From Ignavibacteriales bacterium (GTDB taxonomy: Bacteria; Bacteroidota; Ignavibacteria; UBA10030), in contig JAPLFQ010000015.1 in NCBI GenBank assembly GCA_026390595.1, positions 42,024 through 106,023 on the forward strand: 64,000 nt of DNA, given 5' to 3'. Shown here in pieces: positions 9,632 to 19,193 of the stretch. The position numbers were made by a program, and so were the translations under genes. The notes under the pieces were generated by a model, which was not told the DNA's origin, did no database searches, and saw only the letters and a program-made list of their open reading frames with translations. Position 1 is the stretch's first letter. Each line of letters opens with the position of its first letter.

Positions 9632-10030
9632 TTGTCCTTACTGGTAGGGTTCACATTGTTTGCCCGACGACAAGATAAGAAATCGATAAACCTGCTGGAA
9701 CTTACACCGGTGCAGCGTGTTCCCTGGGAGACAGGGGAGAGCGGAACCGTTGTGGTACTTGTACCGAAGTTCCGCAATCCGCTGTTGGTGCGTTGGCTCG
9801 TGCCACGAATGAGGTTCCCCCACTTCCGTGTCAAGCTGGACGCGATCGGAAGTTTCGTGTGGAAAATGTGCGACGGGACGACGACCGTCGCCGAGATGGC
9901 GGGCAAAATGACAACCGAGTATGGGGATACTGCTGCGTCCGCTCAGGAACGCCTTCGTAAGTTCCTCCTGACGTTGGAGAAAACGGATCTTGTGAATCTC
10001 TACGCCGAAGCTCCTCATGCTCCGCAATGA
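9632..10030 (+). CDS. PqqD-family protein (RiPP-recognition-element-like)
   Basis: VKLDAIGSFVWKMCDGTTTVAEMAGKMTTEYGDTAASAQERLRKFLLTLEKTDLV matches the PqqD fold signature. The N-terminal start is uncertain. Confidence 0.5.
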   Translation: MSLLVGFTLFARRQDKKSINLLELTPVQRVPWETGESGTVVVLVPKFRNPLLVRWLVPRMRFPHFRVKLDAIGSFVWKMCDGTTTVAEMAGKMTTEYGDTAASAQERLRKFLLTLEKTDLVNLYAEAPHAPQ

Positions 10031-10118
10031 CGAAGTCTTGACAGACACTTGATGATGTGAAGTTCTACGATACGGCTGCAAATGTGCAGCAACAACGAAA
10101 TCTTAAGGAGATCTACCA

Positions 10119-11576
10119 ATGCCAAACCCAATTGAAGGTCTGAAGCCCGAAGGCGTGTGGAAGTACTTTGCTGAGATCAGCAGGATCCCGCGCGGGTCGA
10201 AGAATGAGAAGCAGATCGCTGCCTATGTGATGCAGAAAGCCAAAGAGTTCGGGCTCGAGGCAAAACAGGACAAGTTCATGACGGTGGTGGTGCGAAAGCC
10301 GGCCTCGCCCGGATACGAGAACCGCCCGATGGTGTGCCTCCAGGGGCATCTCGACATGGTGTGCGAGAAGAACAACGACAAAGCCCACGATTTTGAAAAA
10401 GACCCGATCGAACTCGTTCGCAACGGCAATATCATGATGGCGAATGGTACGACGCTCGGGGCGGACAACGGTATCGCCGTCGCCGCAAATCTTGCCATCA
10501 TGGAAGACAAGTCGCTCGTGCACGGACCGTTGGAATTTCTGTTTACGATCGACGAAGAAACCGGGTTGACCGGCGCTACGAACCTGAAGCCGGGTTTTGT
10601 CCAAAGCAAGATTCTGATGAACCTCGACTCAGAGGAAGAGGGGGAACTGTATGTCGGCTGCTCGGGCGGAAGGAACACTACCGGTATCTGGAAAGTCGAT
10701 TTCGAGAACGCGCCCGGAAAGACCGTCTGCACCGTGATCCGTGTGAAGGGGCTGAAGGGGGGGCACTCAGGATTGGAAATCGACAAAGGACGAGGCAATT
10801 CTATCAAGATCCTCAACCGCGTGCTGATTGCGCTGAGCGATCTCGGTGGGCGGCTTGCGAATATTGAGGGGGGGAACAAGAGCAACGCGATTCCCAGGGA
10901 GGCCGAAGCTCTGGTGTATATCCCCGCGGCCAAATTGAACCAGGCGAAGAAAGTTGTGGCTGCTTATCAGCACACAACCAAGGCAGAGTTGGCTAGTGTG
11001 GAGCCGGATCTGGCAATCGAAATAGAAGTGCGCAAGGATGTGAAGAGGGGAAAAGTGGTGAAGAAACAGCAGCAGGCGCTCGTGTTGAAAACGATTTCGG
11101 GGTTGCCGCATGGTGTCATCAAGATGAGCGCGGACATCCCGGGTTTGGTTGAGACATCAACAAACGTCGCGGTCATTCGCACCGAAAAGGGAAAGATATC
11201 CCTCATTACCAGTCAGCGCAGTTCTGTTGCGTCGGAGATCATTGAAGTCTGCCAGATGGTAGGTTGCGTGTTCGAGCTCGGCGGCGCCAAAGTCGAACGC
11301 AATGAAGGGTATCCCGGCTGGAAACCGAATCTCGATTCGCCGATTTTGAAGACGGCGAAGGCGACGTATAAGTCGCTCTACGGCAAGGAGCCCGCAGTGA
11401 AAGCGATTCACGCCGGACTTGAATGCGGTATCATCGGTGAAAAGTATCCTGGAATGGACATGGTCTCCTTCGGACCGACAATGCAGGCTGTTCATTCGCC
11501 GGATGAGAAGATCTACATCGATACCGTCGACAAGTTCTGGAAGTTCTTGTTGGCAATCCTGAGAAACGTCAACTAA
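10119..11576 (+). CDS. pepD: aminoacyl-histidine dipeptidase (Xaa-His dipeptidase, M20C)
   Basis: 485 aa; GHLDMV, GADNGIAVAA and FTIDEETGLTGA metal-binding blocks of PepD; an AGGAG sequence lies upstream of the ATG. Confidence 0.85.
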   Translation: MPNPIEGLKPEGVWKYFAEISRIPRGSKNEKQIAAYVMQKAKEFGLEAKQDKFMTVVVRKPASPGYENRPMVCLQGHLDMVCEKNNDKAHDFEKDPIELVRNGNIMMANGTTLGADNGIAVAANLAIMEDKSLVHGPLEFLFTIDEETGLTGATNLKPGFVQSKILMNLDSEEEGELYVGCSGGRNTTGIWKVDFENAPGKTVCTVIRVKGLKGGHSGLEIDKGRGNSIKILNRVLIALSDLGGRLANIEGGNKSNAIPREAEALVYIPAAKLNQAKKVVAAYQHTTKAELASVEPDLAIEIEVRKDVKRGKVVKKQQQALVLKTISGLPHGVIKMSADIPGLVETSTNVAVIRTEKGKISLITSQRSSVASEIIEVCQMVGCVFELGGAKVERNEGYPGWKPNLDSPILKTAKATYKSLYGKEPAVKAIHAGLECGIIGEKYPGMDMVSFGPTMQAVHSPDEKIYIDTVDKFWKFLLAILRNVN

Positions 11577-11582
11577 AGGTCA

Positions 11583-11688
11583 GACGTGAGACGGCAGACG
11601 GGAGACGACACAGTCCCCGTTTCCCGTCTTATTTTTTACGTCTCACGTCTTATTTCTTACGTCTTACTTCTCACGTTTTACGTCTCGC
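11583..11688. repeat. solo palindromic element of GACGG/CCGTC units (imperfect long hairpin)
   Basis: Purine-rich arm gacgtgagacggcagacgggagacga at 11583-11608, then a loop, then pyrimidine-rich arm cccgtctta...cgtctcacgtcttatttcttacgtcttacttctcacgttttacgtctcgcg. The perfect 11-mer GACGTGAGACG at 11583-11593 has its reverse complement at 11639-11649. Confidence 0.6.
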
Positions 11689-11741
11689 GATTAGGCTCCC
11701 TCAACTCAACTAACACACTCCTCATTCCTAAAACTCAAGTT

Positions 11742-13043
11742 ATGCCAGACACTAACTCGCTTCATACCGTTGCCTCATCCAAACCCCAGCCTCCTCGTCT
11801 CGTTCGCTGGATTGTCCTGGTATTCATCAGTCTGGCGATGTTCGGCAACTACTACATCTATGACGCTATCAGCCCGTTGGCTGATGTCCTCGTCAAACAG
11901 CTGAATTTCACCGACTCGGATATCGGATTGCTCCAGGGCATTTACAGCGTGCCGAACATTTTCATGGTCTTGATCGGCGGTTTTATCATCGATCGCCTTG
12001 GGACGAAGAAATCGACCTTTATCTTTTCGGTGCTGTGTCTTGTCGGAGCAGTTCTTACGGCTCTGAGCGACACACTGGTGGTGATGGCCGCCGGTCGGCT
12101 GGTGTTCGGGCTGGGGGCTGAGTCCTTGATCGTGGCTGTCACGACCGCCATTGCAAAGTGGTTCAAGGGGAAGGAGCTCAGTTTCGCGTTCGGCATCAAT
12201 CTCACGATTGCCCGTCTCGGTTCCTTCGCCGCTTTGAATTCTCCTTCGTGGGCGGCGGGGTCATACGAGCACTGGCGCGGACCCCTCCTGATCAGCATCG
12301 TGTTCGGCGTGGTGTGCGTTGTGGGTGCTCTCATCTATTGGATTCTCGAAAGCCGCGCGGAAGAGAAATACCAGATTGGTGCTGCTGGTGAAACCGACAA
12401 GGTGAAATGGCAGGACCTCCTGAACTTTGGAACATCCTATTGGTACATCGTGGCGCTTTGCATCACGTTCTATTCGGGCATTTTTCCATTTCAGACATTT
12501 GCTGTCAAGTTTTTCATTGAAGCCCATGGCACCTCACGCGAAATGGGAGGATTCCTTTCGAGCATGTTGACGGCGTTCGCCATGATCGCGACACCGCTGT
12601 TCGGCCTTCTGGTCGATCGTGTCGGGAAACGGTCATTGTTCATGATGTTCGGCTCACTGCTGCTCACGCCAGTGTACCTGATGATGGCCTATACTCACAT
12701 CTCCCTCTTTGTCCCGATGGCGATGATGGGAGTTGCTTTCTCTCTCATCCCGGCCATCATGTGGCCGTCCGTCAGCTACCTTGTGGATCAGTCGAAGCTC
12801 GGAACAGCTTACGGGCTGATGACATTGATACAGAATATCGGACTCGCCGGGTTCAATTTTCTGATCGGTTGGGCAAATGATTACACCGGAGCGAGTGTGA
12901 CAAATCCCGGAGGCTATCATCTCGGTATGTGGATCTTCTCTTCGTTGGGACTGTTTGGCTTCCTCTTCGCGTATCTTCTCCGGAGAAGCGAAACCGGCCC
13001 GCATGCACATGGATTGGAAACGATCAAGGCGGGTGGGAAGTGA
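11742..13043 (+). CDS. MFS transporter
   Basis: 12-TM major facilitator pattern (GGFIIDRLGTKKS motif A-like). The ORF is open from 11586, but that extension translates the repeat element, so the M at 11742 (MPDTNSL...) is chosen. Confidence 0.75.
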   Translation: MPDTNSLHTVASSKPQPPRLVRWIVLVFISLAMFGNYYIYDAISPLADVLVKQLNFTDSDIGLLQGIYSVPNIFMVLIGGFIIDRLGTKKSTFIFSVLCLVGAVLTALSDTLVVMAAGRLVFGLGAESLIVAVTTAIAKWFKGKELSFAFGINLTIARLGSFAALNSPSWAAGSYEHWRGPLLISIVFGVVCVVGALIYWILESRAEEKYQIGAAGETDKVKWQDLLNFGTSYWYIVALCITFYSGIFPFQTFAVKFFIEAHGTSREMGGFLSSMLTAFAMIATPLFGLLVDRVGKRSLFMMFGSLLLTPVYLMMAYTHISLFVPMAMMGVAFSLIPAIMWPSVSYLVDQSKLGTAYGLMTLIQNIGLAGFNFLIGWANDYTGASVTNPGGYHLGMWIFSSLGLFGFLFAYLLRRSETGPHAHGLETIKAGGK

Positions 13044-13061
13044 AGCGGGAGCAGAAAAGAG

Positions 13062-13130
13062 AGAGACGGTAGACGGAAAACGGAAGACGGAAGGCTGTAG
13101 ACGGGAGACGGTAGATGTGAAACGGAAAAG
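13062..13130. repeat. purine-rich arm (GAGACGGTAGACGG... units) of the inverted repeat flanking the four-helix-bundle gene
   Basis: gagagacggtagacggaaaacggaagacggaaggctgtagacgggagacggtagatgtgaaacgg; same unit family as 11583-11608. Confidence 0.55.
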
Positions 13131-13139
13131 AGGTCTGTC

Positions 13140-13505
13140 GTGGAACGCGCACACAAGAAACTGAGAGTATGGCAGGAATCAATGTTGCTGGTGAAGGTGA
13201 TCTACGATCTCACACGGTTCATGCCAGACGACGAGAGGTTCGGCCTGATTTCGCAAATGCGTCGAGCCGCAGTGTCTGTCCCAAGCAACATTGCCGAAGG
13301 ATCAGCTCGCCAGACGAAGAAAGAATCGATTCAATTCTATATGATTGCGCGAGGGTCGCTAAGTGAACTTGACACTCAGATCGAGCTCTGCCAAGTCTTG
13401 GGCTTTCTCACATCAGCACAGAACCTGAAGGCCTCGACCCAACTCGAAACAGTTGGCGCTCTTCTCAACGGCCTGATTCGCTTCAAGAGAGAGCCAACAC
13501 AGTAA
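13140..13505 (+). CDS. four-helix-bundle protein (23S rRNA intervening-sequence protein family)
   Basis: GTG start. LRVWQESMLLVKVIYDLTRFMPDDERFGLISQMRRAAVSVPSNIAEGSARQTKKESIQFYMIARGSLSELDTQIEL is the hallmark TIGR02436/23S_rRNA_IVP signature. Confidence 0.8.
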   Translation: MERAHKKLRVWQESMLLVKVIYDLTRFMPDDERFGLISQMRRAAVSVPSNIAEGSARQTKKESIQFYMIARGSLSELDTQIELCQVLGFLTSAQNLKASTQLETVGALLNGLIRFKREPTQ

Positions 13506-13506
13506 T

Positions 13507-13543
13507 CGCTTACCGTCTCACTTCTTACGTCTCACGTCTTACC
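13507..13543. repeat. pyrimidine-rich arm (CCGTCTCAC/ACGTCTTAC units), inverted partner of 13062-13130
   Basis: cgcttaccgtctcacttcttacgtctcacgtcttacc. Its reverse complement ggtaagacgtgagacg...gtgagacggtaagcg matches the upstream arm units (gagacggtag). Confidence 0.55.
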
Positions 13544-13557
13544 ACGAGGGCACTACG

Positions 13558-14523
13558 ATGAACATCTCAACCCAGCTCTATTCCGCAGCTCAGATTGCTG
13601 TTCGCGACTGCATGGGCACAAAAGCGGGTGAGCGAGTTCTAATCGTCACCGATGAACCGCTCCGGATAATCGGATACGCACTCTGGAATGCAGCGAAGGA
13701 TCTTGGCGCCGAAGTGATGATCGTTGAGATGCTCCCCCGGAAGACAAATGGTGAGGAACCGCCTGCTGAAATCGCCGAATTGATGAAGATGGTCGATGTC
13801 GTGCTCTGTCCGACCTCGAAATCACTCACGCACACGGACTCGAGACGGGCGGCCAGCGCAAAAGGAGTCCGCGTGGCGACGCTACCAGGAGTGAACGAAG
13901 AAATCATGGTCCGCTGCATGAACGCCGACTATCACAAGATCGCTGAGCGCACGTTCAGCCTCTGCCGTGAGATGGAGAAGACCTCGGTCATTCGTGTCAA
14001 GGCGCCCGGTGGCACTGATATCACCATGCCGATAAAAGGGCGGGAGGCGCATGCGAGTTCAGGACTGTTTCGCGAGAAGGGCCTTTGGGGTAACCTCCCG
14101 ACAGGCGAATCCTACCTCGCTCCGCTCGAAGGCCAGTCGCAGGGAGTTGTGGTGGTCGATGGATCGATGGCCGGTGTCGGCATGGTACACGATCCAATCA
14201 CGATCACGGTGAAAGACGGTTATGCAACCGACATCAAAGGCGGCGCAGAAGCGGACCGTTTGATCGCGTTGCTTGAGCCCCATGGCAAGGATGCCCGCAA
14301 CGTCGCAGAGTTTGGTATCGGCACAAATGACAAAGCCATCCTCACTGGTCTGATTATCGAAGACGAGAAAGTCATGGGGACCATCCACATCGCGTTCGGC
14401 GACAACAAGTCCATGGGCGGATCGGTGCGTGTGGCCAGCCACCTCGATGGATTAGTGAAGAAACCGACAGTCTGGTTTGACGACAGGATGATCATGGAGT
14501 CCGGCACGCTTCTCGTCGTTTGA
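13558..14523 (+). CDS. aminopeptidase, M29 (AmpS/aminopeptidase T)-like short form
   Basis: C-terminal blocks GNLPTGESYLAP...EFGIGTNDKA...EDEKVMGTIHIAFGDN resemble thermophilic metalloprotease M29. Confidence 0.55.
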   Translation: MNISTQLYSAAQIAVRDCMGTKAGERVLIVTDEPLRIIGYALWNAAKDLGAEVMIVEMLPRKTNGEEPPAEIAELMKMVDVVLCPTSKSLTHTDSRRAASAKGVRVATLPGVNEEIMVRCMNADYHKIAERTFSLCREMEKTSVIRVKAPGGTDITMPIKGREAHASSGLFREKGLWGNLPTGESYLAPLEGQSQGVVVVDGSMAGVGMVHDPITITVKDGYATDIKGGAEADRLIALLEPHGKDARNVAEFGIGTNDKAILTGLIIEDEKVMGTIHIAFGDNKSMGGSVRVASHLDGLVKKPTVWFDDRMIMESGTLLVV

Positions 14524-14712
14524 ACCAGGGCTTGACGGCATCCGGCCGGCTGGGGACAGATTGGCCCAAATGGCCCATTTTGAGCAAATGCACGTTTTGC
14601 ACGATATTTCTTCTCTGCGCTGGAACTGCCGCCTTGCCCTTCGGTGTTCATGGTGTAGCGGATGAACTGCCGCCCATACCATTATCATTCATATCCATTA
14701 GCAATCGTAATC

Positions 14713-16995
14713 ATGAACGTCCTGAAATCTACATTTCTTTTAACGCTTTTTGGTCTGCTCACAACATTCGCACAGGAAGAGCCTCGTTTCGGCCGAGTCA
14801 CCGGGCGAGTAACCGATGCAACGACAAAAGAGGCGATCGTGGGCGCGAATGTCGTTATCCTCGGAACCGGTCTTGGAGCTTCCACAGATCCTGACGGCCG
14901 CTTCGACATCCGCCGCGTTCCTACCGGCACGGTTCGCGTCCAGGCCTCGCTGATCGGGTATCTCCCGCTCACCGTGTCGGACGTTGTCGTCACGTCGGTG
15001 AAGCCGACGGAGCTTTCAATCGGAATGACGGAAAACGAGATCAAGATCGCGGGCGTCGAAATCACTGCGGGGTATTTTGCGAAAATCCCCGATACGCCGC
15101 TGAGCACGCTGATGCAGTCGAATGAAGAAATCCGACGACTTCCCGGAGGGTTGGAAGATGTGGTGCGTGCTATCTCGATCCTTCCCGGAGTCGCCCAGGT
15201 GGATGGAGGCCGGAATGATCTAATCGTCCGCGGAGGCTCACCGTCAGAGAACCTCTTTGTCCTCGACAACATCGAGGTCCCGAACATCAACCACTTCGGA
15301 ACCCAGGGGGCCAGCGGAGGACCGCTGAGTTACGTCAATCTCGACTTCGTGGAAAACACCTCGTTCTCCACTGGTGGGTTCGGAGCCAAGTTCGGTGACA
15401 AACTCTCTTCGGTGCTCACAATCAACCTCCGGGACGGCAGAAAGGATGCGCTCGGCGGAAAAGCAACCATCTCCGCGAGCCAGTTCGGGCTGAACTTGGA
15501 AGGTCCGGTGGGCTCGAATGCGTCTGTGCTCTTCTCCGCGCGGCGAAGCTATCTCGATTTCATTTTCAAGGCTGCGGGTTTTGGCTTCGTGCCGGAGTAC
15601 TGGGATTTCCTGAGCAAAGCAAGCGTTTCATTCGGTCCGAAAGACCAGCTGAGTGTCCTTGCCATCGCAGTGCTCGACAACGTGAAGTACTTCAATGACA
15701 CAGAGGAGAAAAGGTTCAAGAATTCGCGGGTGTTGGGAAGCGATCAGAATCAATTCGTTGGCGGAATTTCGTGGCAGCATCTCTTCGACAAAGGCTATAT
15801 GACTCTGACGCTCGGCCAGTCATACGTCGAATACAATTTTGGACAGGCCGACTCCAATCTGGTTCCGATTTTCTCCAACGCGTCCTCGGAATACGAATCC
15901 TCATTGCGAGCCGACATTCTGCTTCATCCGTTTACTTCCACTGAGCTCCTGATTGGTACGCAGGCGAAAGTGCTTCGGTTCGCTGCGGATGTGTTCCTCC
16001 GTCCTTTCGAGACTCGTTTTGGGGACTTGCTGAGTGTCGATGCGATGTTCAAGACAACGGGTTTCAAAGGCTCTGCGTTTACCCAGGTTTCTCAGGTTCT
16101 GGGAAGCTCGCGCATTACACTCGGCGGTCGGGTTGATTACTTCGATCTCATCGACAAGTACGCTTTCTCACCGCGGCTTTCGTACACCGTCGCGCTCTTT
16201 CCGACGCTGAATCTCAACTTGAGTGTTGGGAAATATTCGCAGACGCCGTCGTATATCTGGCTGGCGGCGAACGAGCAAAACCGTAAGCTCGCATTCATTG
16301 ATGTGACACAGTATGTTGCAGGTATCGATTACACGGTCCGTTCTGACACGAGGGTGACGGTCGAAGCGTACGTCAAGCAGTATGCTAACTACCCGGTGAG
16401 CCTTGCGCGCCCGTATCTTGTCCTCGCGAATACCGGTGCAGGTTTCGGCGGGTCCGATGACGGCTATTCATCTTTTGGTCTCGATCCGCTCGCGAGCAAG
16501 GGGACAGGACTTGCCCGTGGTGTTGAGCTGCTTGTGCAGAAGAAGCTCTCAGAGATCCCATGCTATGGAACGGCAAGCGTCAGCTTCAACCAGTCGGAGT
16601 TCAAGGCGCTCGACGGCGTGGAACGGCCAAGCTCATTCGATCAGCGATGGATCATCAATCTGGGCGGAGGGTATGTTTTCAATGAGAAATGGGAGATCAG
16701 CACGAAGTTCCGGTATGCCACTGGCAGGCCGTACACCCCATTCGACTCAAACGGCGACCAGAATCCGGCGTTCTACAACTCTGCCCGGATTGGGGCGAAC
16801 CATAGTCTCGATGTCCGCGTCGACAGGCGATGGTCCTTCACCAAGTGGGAACTTGTCACGTACGTCGATATCCAGAACATCTACAACCGCAAGCCCGCAA
16901 ACGTTCCCCGATACAATGAGCGGCTGCAGGCGGCCGAACAGAATACCTCAACAATCGGTATTCTCCCATCGATTGGCGTGAGCGCCGAATTCTGA
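14713..16995 (+). CDS. TonB-dependent receptor with N-terminal carboxypeptidase-regulatory-like domain
   Basis: Signal peptide; CarboxypepD_reg block GRVTDATTKEAIVGANVVILGTGLGASTDPDGRFDI; plug-domain motifs (DVVRAISILPGV, IVRGGSPSENLFVLDNIEV); C-terminal ...GVSAEF. Start chosen at MNVLKST. Confidence 0.8.
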   Translation: MNVLKSTFLLTLFGLLTTFAQEEPRFGRVTGRVTDATTKEAIVGANVVILGTGLGASTDPDGRFDIRRVPTGTVRVQASLIGYLPLTVSDVVVTSVKPTELSIGMTENEIKIAGVEITAGYFAKIPDTPLSTLMQSNEEIRRLPGGLEDVVRAISILPGVAQVDGGRNDLIVRGGSPSENLFVLDNIEVPNINHFGTQGASGGPLSYVNLDFVENTSFSTGGFGAKFGDKLSSVLTINLRDGRKDALGGKATISASQFGLNLEGPVGSNASVLFSARRSYLDFIFKAAGFGFVPEYWDFLSKASVSFGPKDQLSVLAIAVLDNVKYFNDTEEKRFKNSRVLGSDQNQFVGGISWQHLFDKGYMTLTLGQSYVEYNFGQADSNLVPIFSNASSEYESSLRADILLHPFTSTELLIGTQAKVLRFAADVFLRPFETRFGDLLSVDAMFKTTGFKGSAFTQVSQVLGSSRITLGGRVDYFDLIDKYAFSPRLSYTVALFPTLNLNLSVGKYSQTPSYIWLAANEQNRKLAFIDVTQYVAGIDYTVRSDTRVTVEAYVKQYANYPVSLARPYLVLANTGAGFGGSDDGYSSFGLDPLASKGTGLARGVELLVQKKLSEIPCYGTASVSFNQSEFKALDGVERPSSFDQRWIINLGGGYVFNEKWEISTKFRYATGRPYTPFDSNGDQNPAFYNSARIGANHSLDVRVDRRWSFTKWELVTYVDIQNIYNRKPANVPRYNERLQAAEQNTSTIGILPSIGVSAEF

Positions 16996-17010
16996 TCTGA
17001 CAGATGAAAT

Positions 17011-17035
17011 CTCCGGGGTCTTCCTGACCCCGGAG
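17011..17035 (+). terminator. hairpin terminator candidate after the first TonB-dependent receptor gene
   Basis: ctccggggtc-ttcct-gaccccggag perfect 10-bp stem, followed by a C/T-rich tract. Confidence 0.5.
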
Positions 17036-17140
17036 CCATGTTCTCTTCCTGAATCTTCTCCCTTCTTCTCCTTTCCTTTCGCTTCTTGGAAGCATTTGTT
17101 ACATTCCTTCTCAAGCCCGTGTCTCATCAAGGAGGTTGCC

Positions 17141-19165
17141 ATGACTTGCTCACCACGTCGTTTTCAGAAGCTCTGCGCGGTTCTCATCCTGATTATTGTC
17201 GTTGCCGAACACGCCTTATCCCAGGACATCCCCAAGGGATGGTCGCCAGAAGTCATGACCAGGATCAAACGGGTGGGAGGAACGTCCATTTCACCGGACG
17301 GGAAGTGGATCGCGTACACGGTGTCAACCCCGACCATGGAAGGGGAAAAATCGGAGTTCCTGACACAGATCTGGGTGGTGTCGGCGGATGGGAAATCGGA
17401 CTATCAATTCACCTACGGTGAGAAGTCGTGCACCAATCCGTCATTTTCTCATGACGGGAAGTGTCTCGCATTTCTCTCTTCGCGTGGGCCAGGCGGGAAG
17501 AACCAGGTCTGGATGATGAGGATGACTGGAGGAGAGGCCGAGCAGCTGACCGATGCCAAGGCCGGCGTGAGTTCCTATGCCTGGTCGAAGGACTCCAAAC
17601 GCATCGCGTACACAATGGTCGATCCCGACACGGAACAGGAAGAAAAGGCGAAGAAAGAAAAACGGGACATGGTTGTTGAGGACGCCAATCTCAAATACGC
17701 TCACCTCTATGCTATCCCCGTAACCGCCGATGCGCAGGCACAGAGAAAAATCAGGCGGCTCACAGGCGGTAATTTCCATGTCACGACGTTCGACTGGGCT
17801 CCCGATGGCAGGACGATCGTGTTTGCTCACCAACAAACTCCTTCTGCTGATGTCTGGCCGACGACCGACATCGCCACTGTCCCATCGGACAGCGGCGCTG
17901 TGAAATCCCTGGTTACCTGGAAAGGATCAGACTCGTCGCCCCTTTATTCTCCCGACGGGAAGTGGATCGCTTTTGCATCCGACAAAGGAGAAACGAGTTG
18001 GGCAAGCGCCTACGATCTCTACGTTGTGCCTTCGGGCGTCGGCGAGCCGAAAAAGCTGTCGGAGACTCCGGACCGGAATTTTGGAATCGTAGCGTGGTCG
18101 GGCGACGGAAAGGGAGTGTTCGTGACCGAGTCGGATCGAACGGTGAACCGCGTATTCTCCGTCCCGATTGACGGTGCGAAACCAATACCAGTGACGACCG
18201 GTATTGGCAATTTCTCGGGTGTATCGTTCAATGCGGATCGAACTGTCCTTGCCTTCGTCTATCAATCGTGCGAAACACCCCCGGAAATCCATGCCGCCAG
18301 CGCGAAGACATTCATACCTAAGAAGCTCACTCAGGTGAACGCGGATGTCCCGAAATTGCCGGTGGCGAAGACGGAAGTTATCCATTGGAAGTCAAAAGAT
18401 GGAAAAGAGATTGAAGGGCTTTTGACGTATCCGGCAAACTATGAGAAGGGGAGAAAATATCCCCTCATACTCAATGTCCACGGCGGTCCGGCCGGGGTGT
18501 TCCTCCAAACCTACACCGCAGCAGGGAGTATCTATCCGATTCAGGCCTTCGCTCAGCAAGGCTATGCTGTTCTGCGTCCGAACCCGAGGGGGAGCAGCGG
18601 GTATGGCGCTGAGTTTCGGCGCGGAAACATCAACGATTGGGGCTTTGGAGATTACGAAGACGACCAGTCAGGAGTCGATAAAGTGATTGCCATGGGAATC
18701 GCCCACCCTGACAGTCTCATCATCTGCGGCTGGAGCTACGGCGGTTATATGACTTCGTTCACTGTCACGCGCACGAAGCGCTTCAAGGCCGCGAGCGTTG
18801 GGGCTGGTGTAACGGACCTCGTCAGCTTCACAGGGACTTCAGACATTCTGAGCTTTCTCCCTTCGTATTTCGGAGGCGAGTTCTGGGATCGTCAGGCAGC
18901 GTACATCAAGCATTCGGCTGTCTTCAACGTGAAGGGAGTTACAACTCCGACCCAGGTCATCCATGGCTTGAGTGATGTCCGCGTTCCGGCTTCTCAGGGA
19001 TACGAATTCTACCACGCTCTTCGCCGTCAGGGCTGCCCCACTGAGATGATTGCATATCCGCGCACACCCCACGGTCCGCAGGAGCCGAAATTCATTCAGG
19101 ACATCGGTCAGCGTATGATAGCCTGGTTCAACAAACACCTGGGCCGCAACACAGCCTCACAGTGA
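17141..19165 (+). CDS. S9 family peptidase (prolyl oligopeptidase/dipeptidyl aminopeptidase type) with N-terminal beta-propeller
   Basis: GGAGG 5 nt upstream of the ATG at 17141; PD40-type propeller repeats (SPDGKWIAY); catalytic GWSYGGYM (GxSxG), D and H blocks; signal peptide. Confidence 0.85.
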   Translation: MTCSPRRFQKLCAVLILIIVVAEHALSQDIPKGWSPEVMTRIKRVGGTSISPDGKWIAYTVSTPTMEGEKSEFLTQIWVVSADGKSDYQFTYGEKSCTNPSFSHDGKCLAFLSSRGPGGKNQVWMMRMTGGEAEQLTDAKAGVSSYAWSKDSKRIAYTMVDPDTEQEEKAKKEKRDMVVEDANLKYAHLYAIPVTADAQAQRKIRRLTGGNFHVTTFDWAPDGRTIVFAHQQTPSADVWPTTDIATVPSDSGAVKSLVTWKGSDSSPLYSPDGKWIAFASDKGETSWASAYDLYVVPSGVGEPKKLSETPDRNFGIVAWSGDGKGVFVTESDRTVNRVFSVPIDGAKPIPVTTGIGNFSGVSFNADRTVLAFVYQSCETPPEIHAASAKTFIPKKLTQVNADVPKLPVAKTEVIHWKSKDGKEIEGLLTYPANYEKGRKYPLILNVHGGPAGVFLQTYTAAGSIYPIQAFAQQGYAVLRPNPRGSSGYGAEFRRGNINDWGFGDYEDDQSGVDKVIAMGIAHPDSLIICGWSYGGYMTSFTVTRTKRFKAASVGAGVTDLVSFTGTSDILSFLPSYFGGEFWDRQAAYIKHSAVFNVKGVTTPTQVIHGLSDVRVPASQGYEFYHALRRQGCPTEMIAYPRTPHGPQEPKFIQDIGQRMIAWFNKHLGRNTASQ

Positions 19166-19193
19166 ACATGCCAACCCCGGAGATCATAGCGCA

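Noticed and set aside
10223-10933. 236-aa minus-strand ORF
   Set aside because: Antisense to pepD, which carries canonical M20 motifs.
11586-11741. N-terminal extension of the MFS ORF (MRRQTGDDTVPVSRLIFYVSRLISYVLLLTFYVSRLGS...)
   Set aside because: It is the in-frame translation of the palindromic repeat element, and repeated units give repeated peptide. The real start is taken at M 11742.
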